From an uncultured bacterium (lineage in GTDB: Bacteria; Bacillota_I; Bacilli_A; RFN20; CAG-826): a stretch of 64,000 nt of DNA. The stretch lies in NCBI GenBank assembly GCA_949297275.1, contig CASFQR010000002.1, forward strand, positions 3,202 through 67,201. The letters are read 5' to 3'. The notes below the pieces were generated by a model. The model did not search any database and had not been told where the DNA came from. It saw nothing but the letters and a program-made list of their open reading frames with translations. A program made the position numbers and the translations under genes. Positions 42,039 to 52,015 of the stretch are shown here, in pieces (within the stretch, counting starts at the first letter, position 1; each line of letters begins with the position of its first letter).

Positions 42039-42977
42039 TTATTTTCTCGCGTAAGATAATATATCATTTAAAGTATCTTTAAAAGCATATGATGGTTGAA
42101 AGCCAGTAGCAGAAATTAATTTTGAACAATCACCATAATAATATTTTGTCTCTAACGGCCGGAATTTATCTTGATTAATTTTTATTTCAATTTGCTCTTT
42201 TGATAAACTTAATAATTCTTTTAAAATATCTCCAATTTTTTGCGGCGACTGACTAGCAATATTATAAATTTCGCTGCGCTTCCCTTTTTCTAATAATAAG
42301 CGATAAGCTTTTACGACATCGCGGACATCTAAAAAATCGCGATAAGCATCTAAATTACCGACATCGATAAGGGGCGGTTGTTTCCCCTTTTCAATTTGAG
42401 CAATTTGACTAGCAAAATCCATGATGACAAAATTTTTCGCTTGCCTAGGTCCACTATGATTGAAAGGTCGCGCGATAATATAGTCTAAATCTTGATATTC
42501 ATTTTTTGCCATTTCTTCCATTACTTTTTTTGAGATTGCGTAGGGGTTATTAGGGTGCAAAGGGTGAATTTCTTTTAAAGGCATTTCTGTTAGTAAGCTC
42601 GGACCATAAACTTCGCCTGAAGAAACTAAAATAATCCTGATTTGCGGATTTATTTGACGAATTGCTTCTAAGATATTCCTTGTACCTTCAACATTGATTT
42701 TTTGTGTTAAAGTAGGATTCTCCCAAGAAAATTTAACACTAGAAATGCCCGCTAGATGAACGATGTAAGCAATTTGGTATTTAAGTAAAATTTCTTTAAT
42801 TTGTTCCTTATTTAAAATATCTAAAGTTTGGTAAGGATAATTTTCTAGTCCTTGCTCACTAGCTAATTTTGTCATGATGACATGATAATCATGCTTAATT
42901 AATTCATCATATAAATAAGGGGCGACAAATCCAGCCCCGCCAGTAACTAAAACATTCTTTTTCTTTGCTTCAGGCAT
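42039..42977 (-). CDS. rmd: GDP-4-keto-6-deoxy-D-mannose reductase-like SDR (Rmd/Tld type)
   Basis: VLVTGGAGFVAPYL, SSGEVYG and YAISK (YxxxK). It overlaps gmd by 8 nt. The product stereochemistry cannot be read from sequence. Confidence 0.65.
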   Translation of the reverse strand: MPEAKKKNVLVTGGAGFVAPYLYDELIKHDYHVIMTKLASEQGLENYPYQTLDILNKEQIKEILLKYQIAYIVHLAGISSVKFSWENPTLTQKINVEGTRNILEAIRQINPQIRIILVSSGEVYGPSLLTEMPLKEIHPLHPNNPYAISKKVMEEMAKNEYQDLDYIIARPFNHSGPRQAKNFVIMDFASQIAQIEKGKQPPLIDVGNLDAYRDFLDVRDVVKAYRLLLEKGKRSEIYNIASQSPQKIGDILKELLSLSKEQIEIKINQDKFRPLETKYYYGDCSKLISATGFQPSYAFKDTLNDILSYARK

Positions 42978-43986
42978 TTTTTAATAAATTAATATCATTT
43001 TCTACCATCAATTTCACTAAAGTCTTAAAATCAATCTCTCGCTGCCAATGGAGAACTTTTTCAGCTTTAGAAGCGTCCCCAATCAATAATTCAACTTCGG
43101 CTGGACGATAGAATTTAGGATTAACTTTGATTAATATTTCGCCAGTTGCTTTATTGACGCCGATCTCATTTTCATTATCACCTTTAAATTCAATTTCAAT
43201 GCCCGCGCATTTAAAGGCTTCATAAGCAAATTCGCGAACCGAATGGGTTTCACCACTAGCGATAACATAATCATCAGGTTTTGCTTGTAATAACATTAAA
43301 TGCATCGCCTTAACATAATCTTTTGAATGTCCCCAATCTCTCTTAGCGTTTAAATTGCCTAATTCAATTGGAGTTTTATCACCTTGAACAACCATTCTCG
43401 CAATCGCGTGGGTAATTTTCCTCGTAACAAATTCTAAGCCTCGGCGTTCTGATTCATGATTAAATAGGATACCTGAACAGGCAAATAAACCATATGATTC
43501 GCGGTAATTAATTGTAATCCAATGGCCATATAATTTAGCGACACCATATGGTGAACGCGGATAAAAAGGCGTCTTTTCATTTTGAGGAATCGCTTGGACT
43601 TTACCAAACATTTCACTAGTCGAAGCTTGATAAAAATGAATCTTTGGATTTACTTGTCGAATTGCTTCTAAAAAGTTTGTAACGCCTAAGGCATTAATCT
43701 CAGCGGTTGATAAAGGAGAATCCCAACTAGCTTTCACAAATGATTGAGCGGCTAAGTTATAAACTTCATCAGGATTACTTTCTCTTAACGCTAAGATGAG
43801 GCTAGCAAGATCAGTTACATCGCCATAAATGAAATGAATTTGATTTTTTAGATGCTCAACATTGCCAAAATCTTCTTTCGCTTTGCGGCGAATTAAACCA
43901 TAAACCTCATAACCTTCACTTAATAATAATTCACTTAAATAGGAACCATCTTGTCCAGTAATTCCACTAATTAATGCTCTTTTCAT
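42970..43986 (-). CDS. gmd: GDP-mannose 4,6-dehydratase
   Basis: ALISGITGQDGSYLSELLL, ASTSEMFG, SPYGVAKLY, LFNHESERRG. Confidence 0.95.
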   Translation of the reverse strand: MKRALISGITGQDGSYLSELLLSEGYEVYGLIRRKAKEDFGNVEHLKNQIHFIYGDVTDLASLILALRESNPDEVYNLAAQSFVKASWDSPLSTAEINALGVTNFLEAIRQVNPKIHFYQASTSEMFGKVQAIPQNEKTPFYPRSPYGVAKLYGHWITINYRESYGLFACSGILFNHESERRGLEFVTRKITHAIARMVVQGDKTPIELGNLNAKRDWGHSKDYVKAMHLMLLQAKPDDYVIASGETHSVREFAYEAFKCAGIEIEFKGDNENEIGVNKATGEILIKVNPKFYRPAEVELLIGDASKAEKVLHWQREIDFKTLVKLMVENDINLLKNA

Positions 43987-43998
43987 TCTTTTACCTCA

Positions 43999-45075
43999 CT
44001 ATAATTTATCTTCTTTATCACTCGGCAAAGAAGATATTAATTTTTTAATTTCCTGAATATTTTCTTTTTTTGACACCATGACGATATCATTTGTAGCGAC
44101 CACAATTAAATTATCAACATGATTGGTGACAATCAAAGGACCTTTGGAATAGGCGATGGTATTAGTCGTTTCATAAGCGTAGGTATTGCCCACTAAGGTG
44201 TTTTTATTATTATCAAGACCATAAATTCTCTCTAAAGCTTTCCAACTACCAACATCATCCCAAATAAATGATGATTTAATTGTATAAACATTCTTAGCTT
44301 TCTCCATCAAAGCATAATCGATTGAGATATTAGCAATTTCTTTATATAACTCTTTTAAAGCCTTCTCGCGTTCATTTTGTTCTTTTAAAAAAACTTGAGA
44401 AAATTGTTGATATTGGTAAGGCACGAATTCTTTTAAAGCCTTTGTTAAAGCTTTATTCGACCAAATAAACATTCCAGAATTCCAAACATATTCATGACTA
44501 AGTAAATATTTAGCAGCAGTTTTTTCATTTGGCTTCTCTTTAAATTCTAAGACTTGATAAATCTCATCATCTGCGACTTTATTGCCTAAATGAATATAAC
44601 CATATTCGGTATTAGGAGAAGTAGGGGTGATGCCGATCGTTAATAAAGCATCGTGCTTAAACGCAAAAGCGATGGCTTTTTTTAAATCAGTTAAATAATT
44701 TTCTTCATTGCGAATAAGATGATCGCTAGGTAAAACAATCATTACATAATCATCGTAAATTTGATTGATGATTTCTAAACCTAAATTAATCGCGGGGGCC
44801 GTATTTTTAGCCTGTGGTTCATAAATGATATTTTCTTCCTTTAATTGCGGTAATTGAGCCTTAATTAATTCTTCATATTGGCGATTAGTTAAAATGAATA
44901 TGTTTTCCGTTTTAACAAGTGGTTTAAGACGATAAACCGTTTCTTGAATCATTGTTAAATTTAAAGGATTATTATCAATTACTAAAAATTGTTTAGGTAA
45001 ATTATTGCGACTAGCCGGCCAAAATCTTTCTCCGCGGCCACCCGCCATAATTAAAACAACAACTTCTTTTGCCAT
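43999..45075 (-). CDS. manC: Mannose-1-phosphate guanylyltransferase (no PMI domain)
   Basis: Nucleotidyltransferase N-terminus LIMAGGRGERFWPASRNNLPKQFL. At 358 aa it lacks the C-terminal cupin. Confidence 0.85.
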   Translation of the reverse strand: MAKEVVVLIMAGGRGERFWPASRNNLPKQFLVIDNNPLNLTMIQETVYRLKPLVKTENIFILTNRQYEELIKAQLPQLKEENIIYEPQAKNTAPAINLGLEIINQIYDDYVMIVLPSDHLIRNEENYLTDLKKAIAFAFKHDALLTIGITPTSPNTEYGYIHLGNKVADDEIYQVLEFKEKPNEKTAAKYLLSHEYVWNSGMFIWSNKALTKALKEFVPYQYQQFSQVFLKEQNEREKALKELYKEIANISIDYALMEKAKNVYTIKSSFIWDDVGSWKALERIYGLDNNKNTLVGNTYAYETTNTIAYSKGPLIVTNHVDNLIVVATNDIVMVSKKENIQEIKKLISSLPSDKEDKL

Positions 45076-45083
45076 ACGCGCTT

Positions 45084-45092
45084 ATTTTAGCA
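45084..45092 (-). promoter_or_regulatory. Extended -10 (TGcTAAAAT) 8 nt upstream of the manC ATG; candidate leaderless promoter of the export/GDP-sugar operon
   Basis: The minus strand reads tatgcTAAAATaagcgcgtATG, with no SD. Confidence 0.5.
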
Positions 45093-45333
45093 TAAAAATT
45101 TTTAAATTAACTAATCGATTATGTTTCTAAAGGTTAATTTTTGATAATTTTGTTTATCAAAATAATCTAAATATTATATAATGTAATCGCAAAAAACTGG
45201 AAAATGACAGTAAATTGCGATTTAATAATTTTTGGTTAAATTTTTATCTTATATAAATTAAATTTATATCATTTCTTGTTTTTTCTTGTTCCATTTGCCA
45301 ATGCTGCTATTTTCGGGTATATTAAATAGGCTT

Positions 45334-45957
45334 ATGGAAAAATATTATCCGCATTTAAAAACCCATCAAAAGGTCTATATGTTTTTTAAGCGCGGATTCG
45401 ATATTTTCTTTTCGTTTATTGGAATTATTCTGCTATCACCTTTAATGCTTATCTGTGCGATTATTATTAAATGTACCTCAAAAGGACCAGTATTTTTCCG
45501 TCAAGAACGACTTGGCAAAAACAAAAAGGTTTTTCGCATTTTTAAGTTTCGCTCGTTGAAAGTGGGCACTCCAGAAGTTGCACCTAGTAGCCTTAGTGTT
45601 GACGAGCAAAAGAAAATGACTTATAAGTGGGGTTCTTTTATGCGTAAGACATCATTAGACGAGGTTCCACAATTATTTAATATCTTCGTTGGCGATATGT
45701 CTTTTGTCGGTCCTCGACCTGGTGCGGCTAATAACGAAGAGAAATTAATTAGGGAAAGAGAAAAATATGTGCCGGGTGCCTATGATATTCGCCCTGGTTT
45801 AACTGGATATGCTCAAATCAAACAACATCGCGGTCATAAACCTAATGTTAAAGCCTATCTTGATCATCTTTATGTTTTAAGAATCAATTTCTTTTTTGAT
45901 ATCGAAATATTTGTTTATACTATTTTTATGTTTTTAGGAGTCGCCAAAGGGAGATAG
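45334..45957 (+). CDS. Second small phosphoglycosyl transferase (bacterial sugar transferase family)
   Basis: FKRGFDIFFSF..., KFRSL, DEVPQLFNIFVGDMSFVGPRP. The ORF-track TTG at 45286 is unlikely; ATG 45334 is preferred. Confidence 0.8.
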   Translation: MEKYYPHLKTHQKVYMFFKRGFDIFFSFIGIILLSPLMLICAIIIKCTSKGPVFFRQERLGKNKKVFRIFKFRSLKVGTPEVAPSSLSVDEQKKMTYKWGSFMRKTSLDEVPQLFNIFVGDMSFVGPRPGAANNEEKLIREREKYVPGAYDIRPGLTGYAQIKQHRGHKPNVKAYLDHLYVLRINFFFDIEIFVYTIFMFLGVAKGR

Positions 45958-45978
45958 CGATTAAAGGAGGAATTAATT

Positions 45979-46833
45979 ATGAAATGTCCAAAATGCGGTG
46001 GTGAATTTAGTGGCCGTCCTGACTACTGCCCACATTGTAACCAAAAATTTAAATGGGTAAAAAAGGAAAAATCGGAAGCTAGAAAAGAAGAAACATCAAT
46101 TGATTCAAAACTGGCCTCTACAAATAAAGTCATCTTACCACCGATGCAAGAAGGTTTAGCAAATGAAGTGAAAAAGAGTGAAACTAAAGTAGTGGAAGAG
46201 CCTACTAAAGAAGAGAAAAAAGAAAAAGCAACGAATGATGAAATCTACAATAAATATTCTAAACATTTCAAGAAATACTATTTATTTAGGTTTCTTACAT
46301 TTTTAGGAGCTTTCTTAACTGTCATTTTCCTTTTCATTATTCCTATTTATCATTTTGATTCAATGCGTTCATATTCAGTTTTAGCTTTTTTGCTTAGCTT
46401 AGATAGTATCGGTGTAGAACCCCCGATGATGAATGTTGTTATAGCAATTATTGGGTTATTCGCTTCTATTCCTAGTGCCGTTTTTATGATTATCTTTTTT
46501 GTTCGTCTCGTCAGTAAGAATAAAGGTCGTAGCTATGGTTTAAAAATCATTAGTAAAATTAGACTAGGTAAAAGAGGTTATCGAAGAGCGAAACTAGTTT
46601 GGCCAATCATTTCTTCAGTCATTGGTAGCAGCATTATCACTTATATTTTATATGGTTGTTTTTTCACTTTGCTTGGAATTGCAGGAAGAAATCAATCTAC
46701 TCATCAACTATTTATTTTAAATATCTTCGGTATTATTTTTGCTACGCTTTTTACCAATCTTCAATTCATCATCCTACCTTTTAATAGACATCAAATGAAT
46801 GTAATTGTCGCGAAGGTAAAAAGCGAATTATAA
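45979..46833 (+). CDS. Zinc-ribbon (CxxC..CxxC) membrane protein, hypothetical
   Basis: MKCPKCGG...CPHCNQ, a K/E-rich linker, about 5 TM, and a strong SD (aaaggagg). Confidence 0.6.
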   Translation: MKCPKCGGEFSGRPDYCPHCNQKFKWVKKEKSEARKEETSIDSKLASTNKVILPPMQEGLANEVKKSETKVVEEPTKEEKKEKATNDEIYNKYSKHFKKYYLFRFLTFLGAFLTVIFLFIIPIYHFDSMRSYSVLAFLLSLDSIGVEPPMMNVVIAIIGLFASIPSAVFMIIFFVRLVSKNKGRSYGLKIISKIRLGKRGYRRAKLVWPIISSVIGSSIITYILYGCFFTLLGIAGRNQSTHQLFILNIFGIIFATLFTNLQFIILPFNRHQMNVIVAKVKSEL

Positions 46834-46908
46834 GTGCAATTCTTTAAATATTGGCTAATTAATTTACTTGCTATTTAATCTTAATCTTCTTTTCGCTATA
46901 TTTATTTT

Positions 46909-49900
46909 ATGGATTATAAAAAAATATTATTCGACCCCGAAATCTTAGAAATTAATCTGCTCAAGCAACATAGTGTCTTCGATCATTATTTGTCGATTGG
47001 GGACGCTAAAAAGGGCATTGATAAAACGATTAAAAATTTAAATGGCAAGTGGCGAGCCCTTTATTTTCAAGACTATGATGCGCCATTTCTTGTTTATGGC
47101 AATGTCAAAACTAATATCAATAAACTCGATACAATCACTGTTCCAATTGCAAAAGAAATTCAAGAGCCGCGCTTTAGTGTGCCTCAATATGTCAATTGGC
47201 AATATCCTTTTGATGGTTATTCTAGCACCCCTATAGATGAAGCACCTGATGTCCCTAATCCATCAATTGTCTATTTAAAAGATCTTAATATCACTAAATT
47301 AAACCAAAAAGAAAAAGATTATATTTTACGCATTGGTTCTTTTTTAAGCGGTTTATTTTTATATGTTAATGGTCAATTTGTCGGTTATAGTGAAAATTGT
47401 TATCTCGATAGTGAATTTAATATTACTGATTATTTAGTAGAAGGTAAAAATAGACTATTAATCATCGTCTTTAAATATTCTTCCTCTTCAATCTTTTTAG
47501 ATATGGATGCCTTCCGTTTTAGTGGCATCCATCGTTCAGTCGAATTAATTACTTTAAATAAAAGACACATTGAAGATGTTGAAATTAAAACGCATCTAGA
47601 TGGCCGCGTTGATGTTAAATTAAGTGGCAATCTTACTGGTTTAACCTTCGTTTATCAAATTAATGAAGTCTTTTATCCGATTAAAATAAAATCTAATCAA
47701 ACAGAAATTACTTTACAAATTAAACCTTCTGATCTTTCTTATTATTCACCGAATAATCCGCGTTGTTATCGTCTTTTAGTCTACGCCTATTTCAATAATA
47801 AATTTGTTGATTCAATTTCTGAAGTATTCGGAATTAGAGAAGTTAAAATTGAAAATAATATTTTATTACTCAACGGTCAACGCTTTGTCTTTAAAGGCAT
47901 TAATCGTCACGAATGGAATAATAGTTTAGGTAACCATGTGACTGAAGATGATATTTTATATGATTTAAATTATTTTAAAAAACATAATATCAACGCTGTT
48001 AGGACATCGCATTATCCAAATACGAATTTCTTTTATTATTGTTGTGACTTTTTAGGTGTGATGATAATCGATGAATGCGCCTTAGAAAGTCATGGGACAA
48101 TTGGTTCATATCTAAATTTTGATGGCAAAAATTCTTTACCCGGCTCAGATGTTCGCTATGAAAAATTAGTGACCACCAAGATTAGAAATATGTATCTTCG
48201 CGATAAAAATCATCCATCGATAATCTTATGGAGTTTAGGAAATGAATCGGGTAGTGGATTAAACTTTATCAAAATGAAAGAAGTCTTAAAAGCATTAAAC
48301 CCCGAGGCTTTAACTCATTATGAAAATGCCTATTTTGATCATCGATATGAAGATTGTTCTGATGTCTTATCAATGATGTATCCTACCCCACAAAAAGTTA
48401 AAGAAATTTTAGATGTAGGTGTTTCTAAACCGTTTATTTTATGTGAGTACGCTCACGCGATGGGTAATTCATTAGGTAATGTGCAAGAATATCTTGATTT
48501 AGTTGATCGCTATCCTTCCTTCCAAGGTGGATTTGTTTGGGATTATCTTGATCAATCCTTCCGCAATAAAGAGCATGGTATTTATTTTTATGGTGGTGAT
48601 TTTGATGATCGACCGAATGATTTAGATTTTTGTGGGAATGGTATCTTACCTTCTCGCGAAAAGAAAGATACTGCGAAAGGTCTCGCTTTAAAAGAATTAT
48701 ATTCCCCATTAAAAATTATTTATGATGATAAAAAGAAAATTCTTACCATTAAACTTTTAGAAAATGATATCAGCGATGCTTCAATTGGAGTTACGATTGA
48801 TACATTTATTGATAATGATTATTATTATCATCTTACAAAAAAATATGGTCTAACTAAACAAAAATCCAAAAGCTTTGATTTAATTGACGCCATTCCAGAA
48901 TTTGATAAAAAGCATACTTATCTATTAAAAGTAGAAGTAATTTTATATCGCAACACTACGAAAATTACTGACCTTAAAAAGACCTTCCTTTTAGCTAGTA
49001 AAGAAAATTATTTTTTAGGTTTAAATAGTCCTTGCCGCATCGTTTATGGTCGTAATAATATTGGAGTAATTGGCAAAGATTATTCTTATTTATTTGCCCT
49101 ATCACCAGTGTCATTTAGAATGCCGGGCTTATATAGTATAAAAATTAAAAATAAAGAATTTTTAGGAACGCCAATTTACCCGACAATCTTTCGCCCTCAT
49201 ACTTCAAATGATATTGGTTCATGGTTCTTTAAAAGAAATCAACATCTATTAACGATGTCTAAATATTTTACTTGCACTGCTAAAGATATATTTTTTGATG
49301 AAGACGATAAATTTTTTATCATTTCTTATCGTTATTCTTTATCGAATAATCAAGATGAATATGCAGTTTTAAAATATGTCATTGCTAAGGATAATGGAAT
49401 TATTAAAGTTGATGCTTATTTATCGTCTTTAACTAGTGTTGAAGAAATCGCGACTTTCGCGACAACTTTGACCTTAAAGCGCGAGAAGGACATTACTTTA
49501 AGATATTTCGGTCGCGGACCTCTTGATAATTATCCAGATCGTTTAGAAGGTTCTAATCTTGGTACCCATGAGATGGTTTATAGTGGTCAAAACTCTAATT
49601 TAGACTCATTTAGTAACGATTATCTTAATCCACAAGAAGAGGGCATGAGAATGGAGTGTCAATGTTTAGAATATCTTAATGATAATTTATTTGTCGGTTT
49701 ACGCTTCTCGCGTAATGAAGCTCCTTTTGCCTATAAATTTAATCACCATAGCGATTTTGAGATTGAAAACGCGCATCACCAATATGAACTTGGTCAATCA
49801 ATTAATGACTATTTAACTATCTGCGGTTTTGTGCGCGGCGTCGGTGGCGATAATTCTTGGGGTGAAGATGTCCATGCCCCTTATCGCTTATCAGCTAAAG

Positions 49901-49959
49901 AGTCTTACCATTTTTCTTATTATCTTGAACCTGTTGATTATAATATAATAATTAAATAA
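46909..49959 (+). CDS. lacZ: GH2 beta-galactosidase
   Basis: The acid/base region ILWSLGNESG, the nucleophile region ILCEYAHAMGNS and the 1016-aa length fit LacZ. Confidence 0.92.
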   Translation: MDYKKILFDPEILEINLLKQHSVFDHYLSIGDAKKGIDKTIKNLNGKWRALYFQDYDAPFLVYGNVKTNINKLDTITVPIAKEIQEPRFSVPQYVNWQYPFDGYSSTPIDEAPDVPNPSIVYLKDLNITKLNQKEKDYILRIGSFLSGLFLYVNGQFVGYSENCYLDSEFNITDYLVEGKNRLLIIVFKYSSSSIFLDMDAFRFSGIHRSVELITLNKRHIEDVEIKTHLDGRVDVKLSGNLTGLTFVYQINEVFYPIKIKSNQTEITLQIKPSDLSYYSPNNPRCYRLLVYAYFNNKFVDSISEVFGIREVKIENNILLLNGQRFVFKGINRHEWNNSLGNHVTEDDILYDLNYFKKHNINAVRTSHYPNTNFFYYCCDFLGVMIIDECALESHGTIGSYLNFDGKNSLPGSDVRYEKLVTTKIRNMYLRDKNHPSIILWSLGNESGSGLNFIKMKEVLKALNPEALTHYENAYFDHRYEDCSDVLSMMYPTPQKVKEILDVGVSKPFILCEYAHAMGNSLGNVQEYLDLVDRYPSFQGGFVWDYLDQSFRNKEHGIYFYGGDFDDRPNDLDFCGNGILPSREKKDTAKGLALKELYSPLKIIYDDKKKILTIKLLENDISDASIGVTIDTFIDNDYYYHLTKKYGLTKQKSKSFDLIDAIPEFDKKHTYLLKVEVILYRNTTKITDLKKTFLLASKENYFLGLNSPCRIVYGRNNIGVIGKDYSYLFALSPVSFRMPGLYSIKIKNKEFLGTPIYPTIFRPHTSNDIGSWFFKRNQHLLTMSKYFTCTAKDIFFDEDDKFFIISYRYSLSNNQDEYAVLKYVIAKDNGIIKVDAYLSSLTSVEEIATFATTLTLKREKDITLRYFGRGPLDNYPDRLEGSNLGTHEMVYSGQNSNLDSFSNDYLNPQEEGMRMECQCLEYLNDNLFVGLRFSRNEAPFAYKFNHHSDFEIENAHHQYELGQSINDYLTICGFVRGVGGDNSWGEDVHAPYRLSAKESYHFSYYLEPVDYNIIIK

Positions 49960-49964
49960 TAAAG

Positions 49965-51131
49965 ATGAAAATCGCTCCTGAAAATTACCCATTATTAGAT
50001 TATCCTTCTAATTTCCGCCGCCTCGGGGCAGGAATTATTGATTTTATTATTTTGTCTTTATTAACTTTTGGTGTCTTTTTAGGTTGCACTTATCAAATTA
50101 TTAAAGTTATTCCTGATTTTGTTAGTCAAGACCAGATTCGCGAAAGCGAGATGCGTGAACTTTATCAAATTTCAGAAGAGGCGGGGCTATTAACTTTAAA
50201 TGAAGATGGTTTAACTTATTCGCAAAACCAATTATTTGAATTTTATGTTTATAAACATATCGAATATGCCTATCATCTAGATCCCGATTTCTTTATTGAT
50301 AGTGGAGTTTCAACCATCAATAATCCTTACGATTTTATTACGATCAATAGTCCTTCTGACGATGATTTTTATCAATTCTATGTTAATTATGCTTCTATGC
50401 ATCAATTAATCGATTACGGCGATTTAAGTCCCCGCGAATATTATGTTAATAACATCTTAAAAGATTATGGTGAAATCTTTCGCGTGAGTGTTAACGAAGG
50501 TATCGTCCCTTTTAATAATGCCTTTGCCCTAAGCTTATATCGCGAAATTAATGGTAGTAGTGATAGCACAGAATATATTGAAAAATTAAGTGATTTTTAT
50601 AGTATAACATTCACTAAAGCGGAAGAATTATTAAGAAGTGATCCCATCTATCAAACTCATTATCAAATCTATGAAACTAATTATTTGGGTTCGATGCAAT
50701 ATCTAGCTTTTGGTATTTTAATCTCATATTTAATTGCTTATTTAGCCGTGCATTTTTTACCAACTTTACTAACAAAATATGGCTTTACTCTTGGACGCTT
50801 TGCTTTTAAATTAGTGATGTTTAAAGACGATGGGCCCGCTAAAAAATTACCAAAATTAGGTCATTTAGGGATTAGTTTTATTTTGCAATATTTCGCTTTA
50901 GCCCTGCCCTTTATCATCGCTTTTGGGACGAATTTTTTAAGCGCGCCATTCTTTATAAGTGTTAACATTAGAGCCTTTAATAACCTACTTTTATGTTTAA
51001 TAAGCGCAATTGCCTTCATCATTATGTATTTTTCAGCATTTATTCGTCGCGATTCGCGCTCTTTAAATGATTTAATTTGCAAGATTGAAATAAAGAATGC
51101 GAAATATTATTTGGAGAAAAATAGTAAATGA
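49965..51131 (+). CDS. RDD-family membrane protein
   Basis: N-terminus NFRRLGAGIIDFIILSLL (RDD motif region), C-terminal TM bundle, ~200-aa middle domain of unknown function. Confidence 0.6.
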   Translation: MKIAPENYPLLDYPSNFRRLGAGIIDFIILSLLTFGVFLGCTYQIIKVIPDFVSQDQIRESEMRELYQISEEAGLLTLNEDGLTYSQNQLFEFYVYKHIEYAYHLDPDFFIDSGVSTINNPYDFITINSPSDDDFYQFYVNYASMHQLIDYGDLSPREYYVNNILKDYGEIFRVSVNEGIVPFNNAFALSLYREINGSSDSTEYIEKLSDFYSITFTKAEELLRSDPIYQTHYQIYETNYLGSMQYLAFGILISYLIAYLAVHFLPTLLTKYGFTLGRFAFKLVMFKDDGPAKKLPKLGHLGISFILQYFALALPFIIAFGTNFLSAPFFISVNIRAFNNLLLCLISAIAFIIMYFSAFIRRDSRSLNDLICKIEIKNAKYYLEKNSK

Positions 51132-52015
51132 AAATCTTAGTCGTTGGAAGTTTGAATATCGATCATAATTATCGTGTAAATAATTTTCTAATTAATGGGC
51201 AAACAGTCGATGCCCTTTCTTATCATTTTAATATTGGTGGCAAAGGTATCAATCAAGCCTACGCTTCTAGTCAATTAGTTGGAACAATGTTTTATGGCAA
51301 AGCGAATTATGAAGATATTAAGAATTTGCTTGAACAATTGCCTTCTAATGATAATTTTAATTTGCAATTAGTGCCCAGCAAATTAAATAGTGGTAACGCC
51401 GCAATAATTCTTAACCAAGAAGGTGAAAATCAAATCATTATTGCTCATGGAGCAAATTATGATTTTAATGATAGCGATTTAGCATATATTAAAACGATAA
51501 TTAATCACTACGATGCCTTACTATTACAAGAAGAAATCAATGAAGATTTTCTTTTTAAATTAATCGATTTAGCAAATCGAGAACAAAAGATTATCTGCTT
51601 AAATCCTGCCCCTTATCATCCATACACCAAAGAATTATTAAATAAGGTGGATATCATTACCCCTAATGAAACTGAATTTATGGCCCTATCAGGATATCGC
51701 TATAGTGATACTCGTCTTTTAGATATCCAAAAACTACTTAATGATAAATTAAAATTAATTATTATTACTCTAGGTGAAAAAGGGGCAGTTGCAATTAGTA
51801 AAGACGGCATCTACCACCAAGAAGCATTTAAAGTTAAAGTTATGGATACAGTTGGAGCTGGTGATACTTTTAATGGTTATTTTTTAGCAAATTATTTATT
51901 GACAAATGATTTAAAATTATCATTAAAACTGGCAACAAAAGCCTCTAGTGCTGCTATAACTAAAAACGGAACATTAGATGCTGTTCCGCAACCTTTTGAA
52001 TTGAATTTTGATTAA
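51128..52015 (+). CDS. rbsK: Ribokinase (PfkB family)
   Basis: N-terminus VVGSLNIDH, GGKGINQA, and the C-terminal GAGDTFNG anion-hole motif. Confidence 0.85.
   Translation: MKILVVGSLNIDHNYRVNNFLINGQTVDALSYHFNIGGKGINQAYASSQLVGTMFYGKANYEDIKNLLEQLPSNDNFNLQLVPSKLNSGNAAIILNQEGENQIIIAHGANYDFNDSDLAYIKTIINHYDALLLQEEINEDFLFKLIDLANREQKIICLNPAPYHPYTKELLNKVDIITPNETEFMALSGYRYSDTRLLDIQKLLNDKLKLIIITLGEKGAVAISKDGIYHQEAFKVKVMDTVGAGDTFNGYFLANYLLTNDLKLSLKLATKASSAAITKNGTLDAVPQPFELNFD

Noticed and set aside
42039-42977. Calling the SDR next to gmd a GDP-L-fucose synthase (Fcl).
   Set aside because: The N-terminal GGAGFVAPYL-type Rossmann motif, the length and the gmd-rmd-wzm-wzt order fit Rmd/Tld-type reductases better than Fcl. 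This is a by-eye judgement and is flagged for phylogenetic checking.
45185-45222. Inverted repeat aatcgca-N24-tgcgatt in the manC/PGT-2 intergenic region as an RNA element or operator.
   Set aside because: The arms are only 7 bp with a long spacer, which is plausible by chance. I kept the stronger IR1 and the 19-bp palindrome as the reportable elements.
45286-45333. TTG 45286 as the start of the second sugar transferase.
   Set aside because: The extension (MFHLPMLLFSGILNRL) has no counterpart in the paralog at 31730. ATG 45334 gives a normal distance to the FKRGFD re-entrant helix, and a -10-like TATATT lies just upstream.
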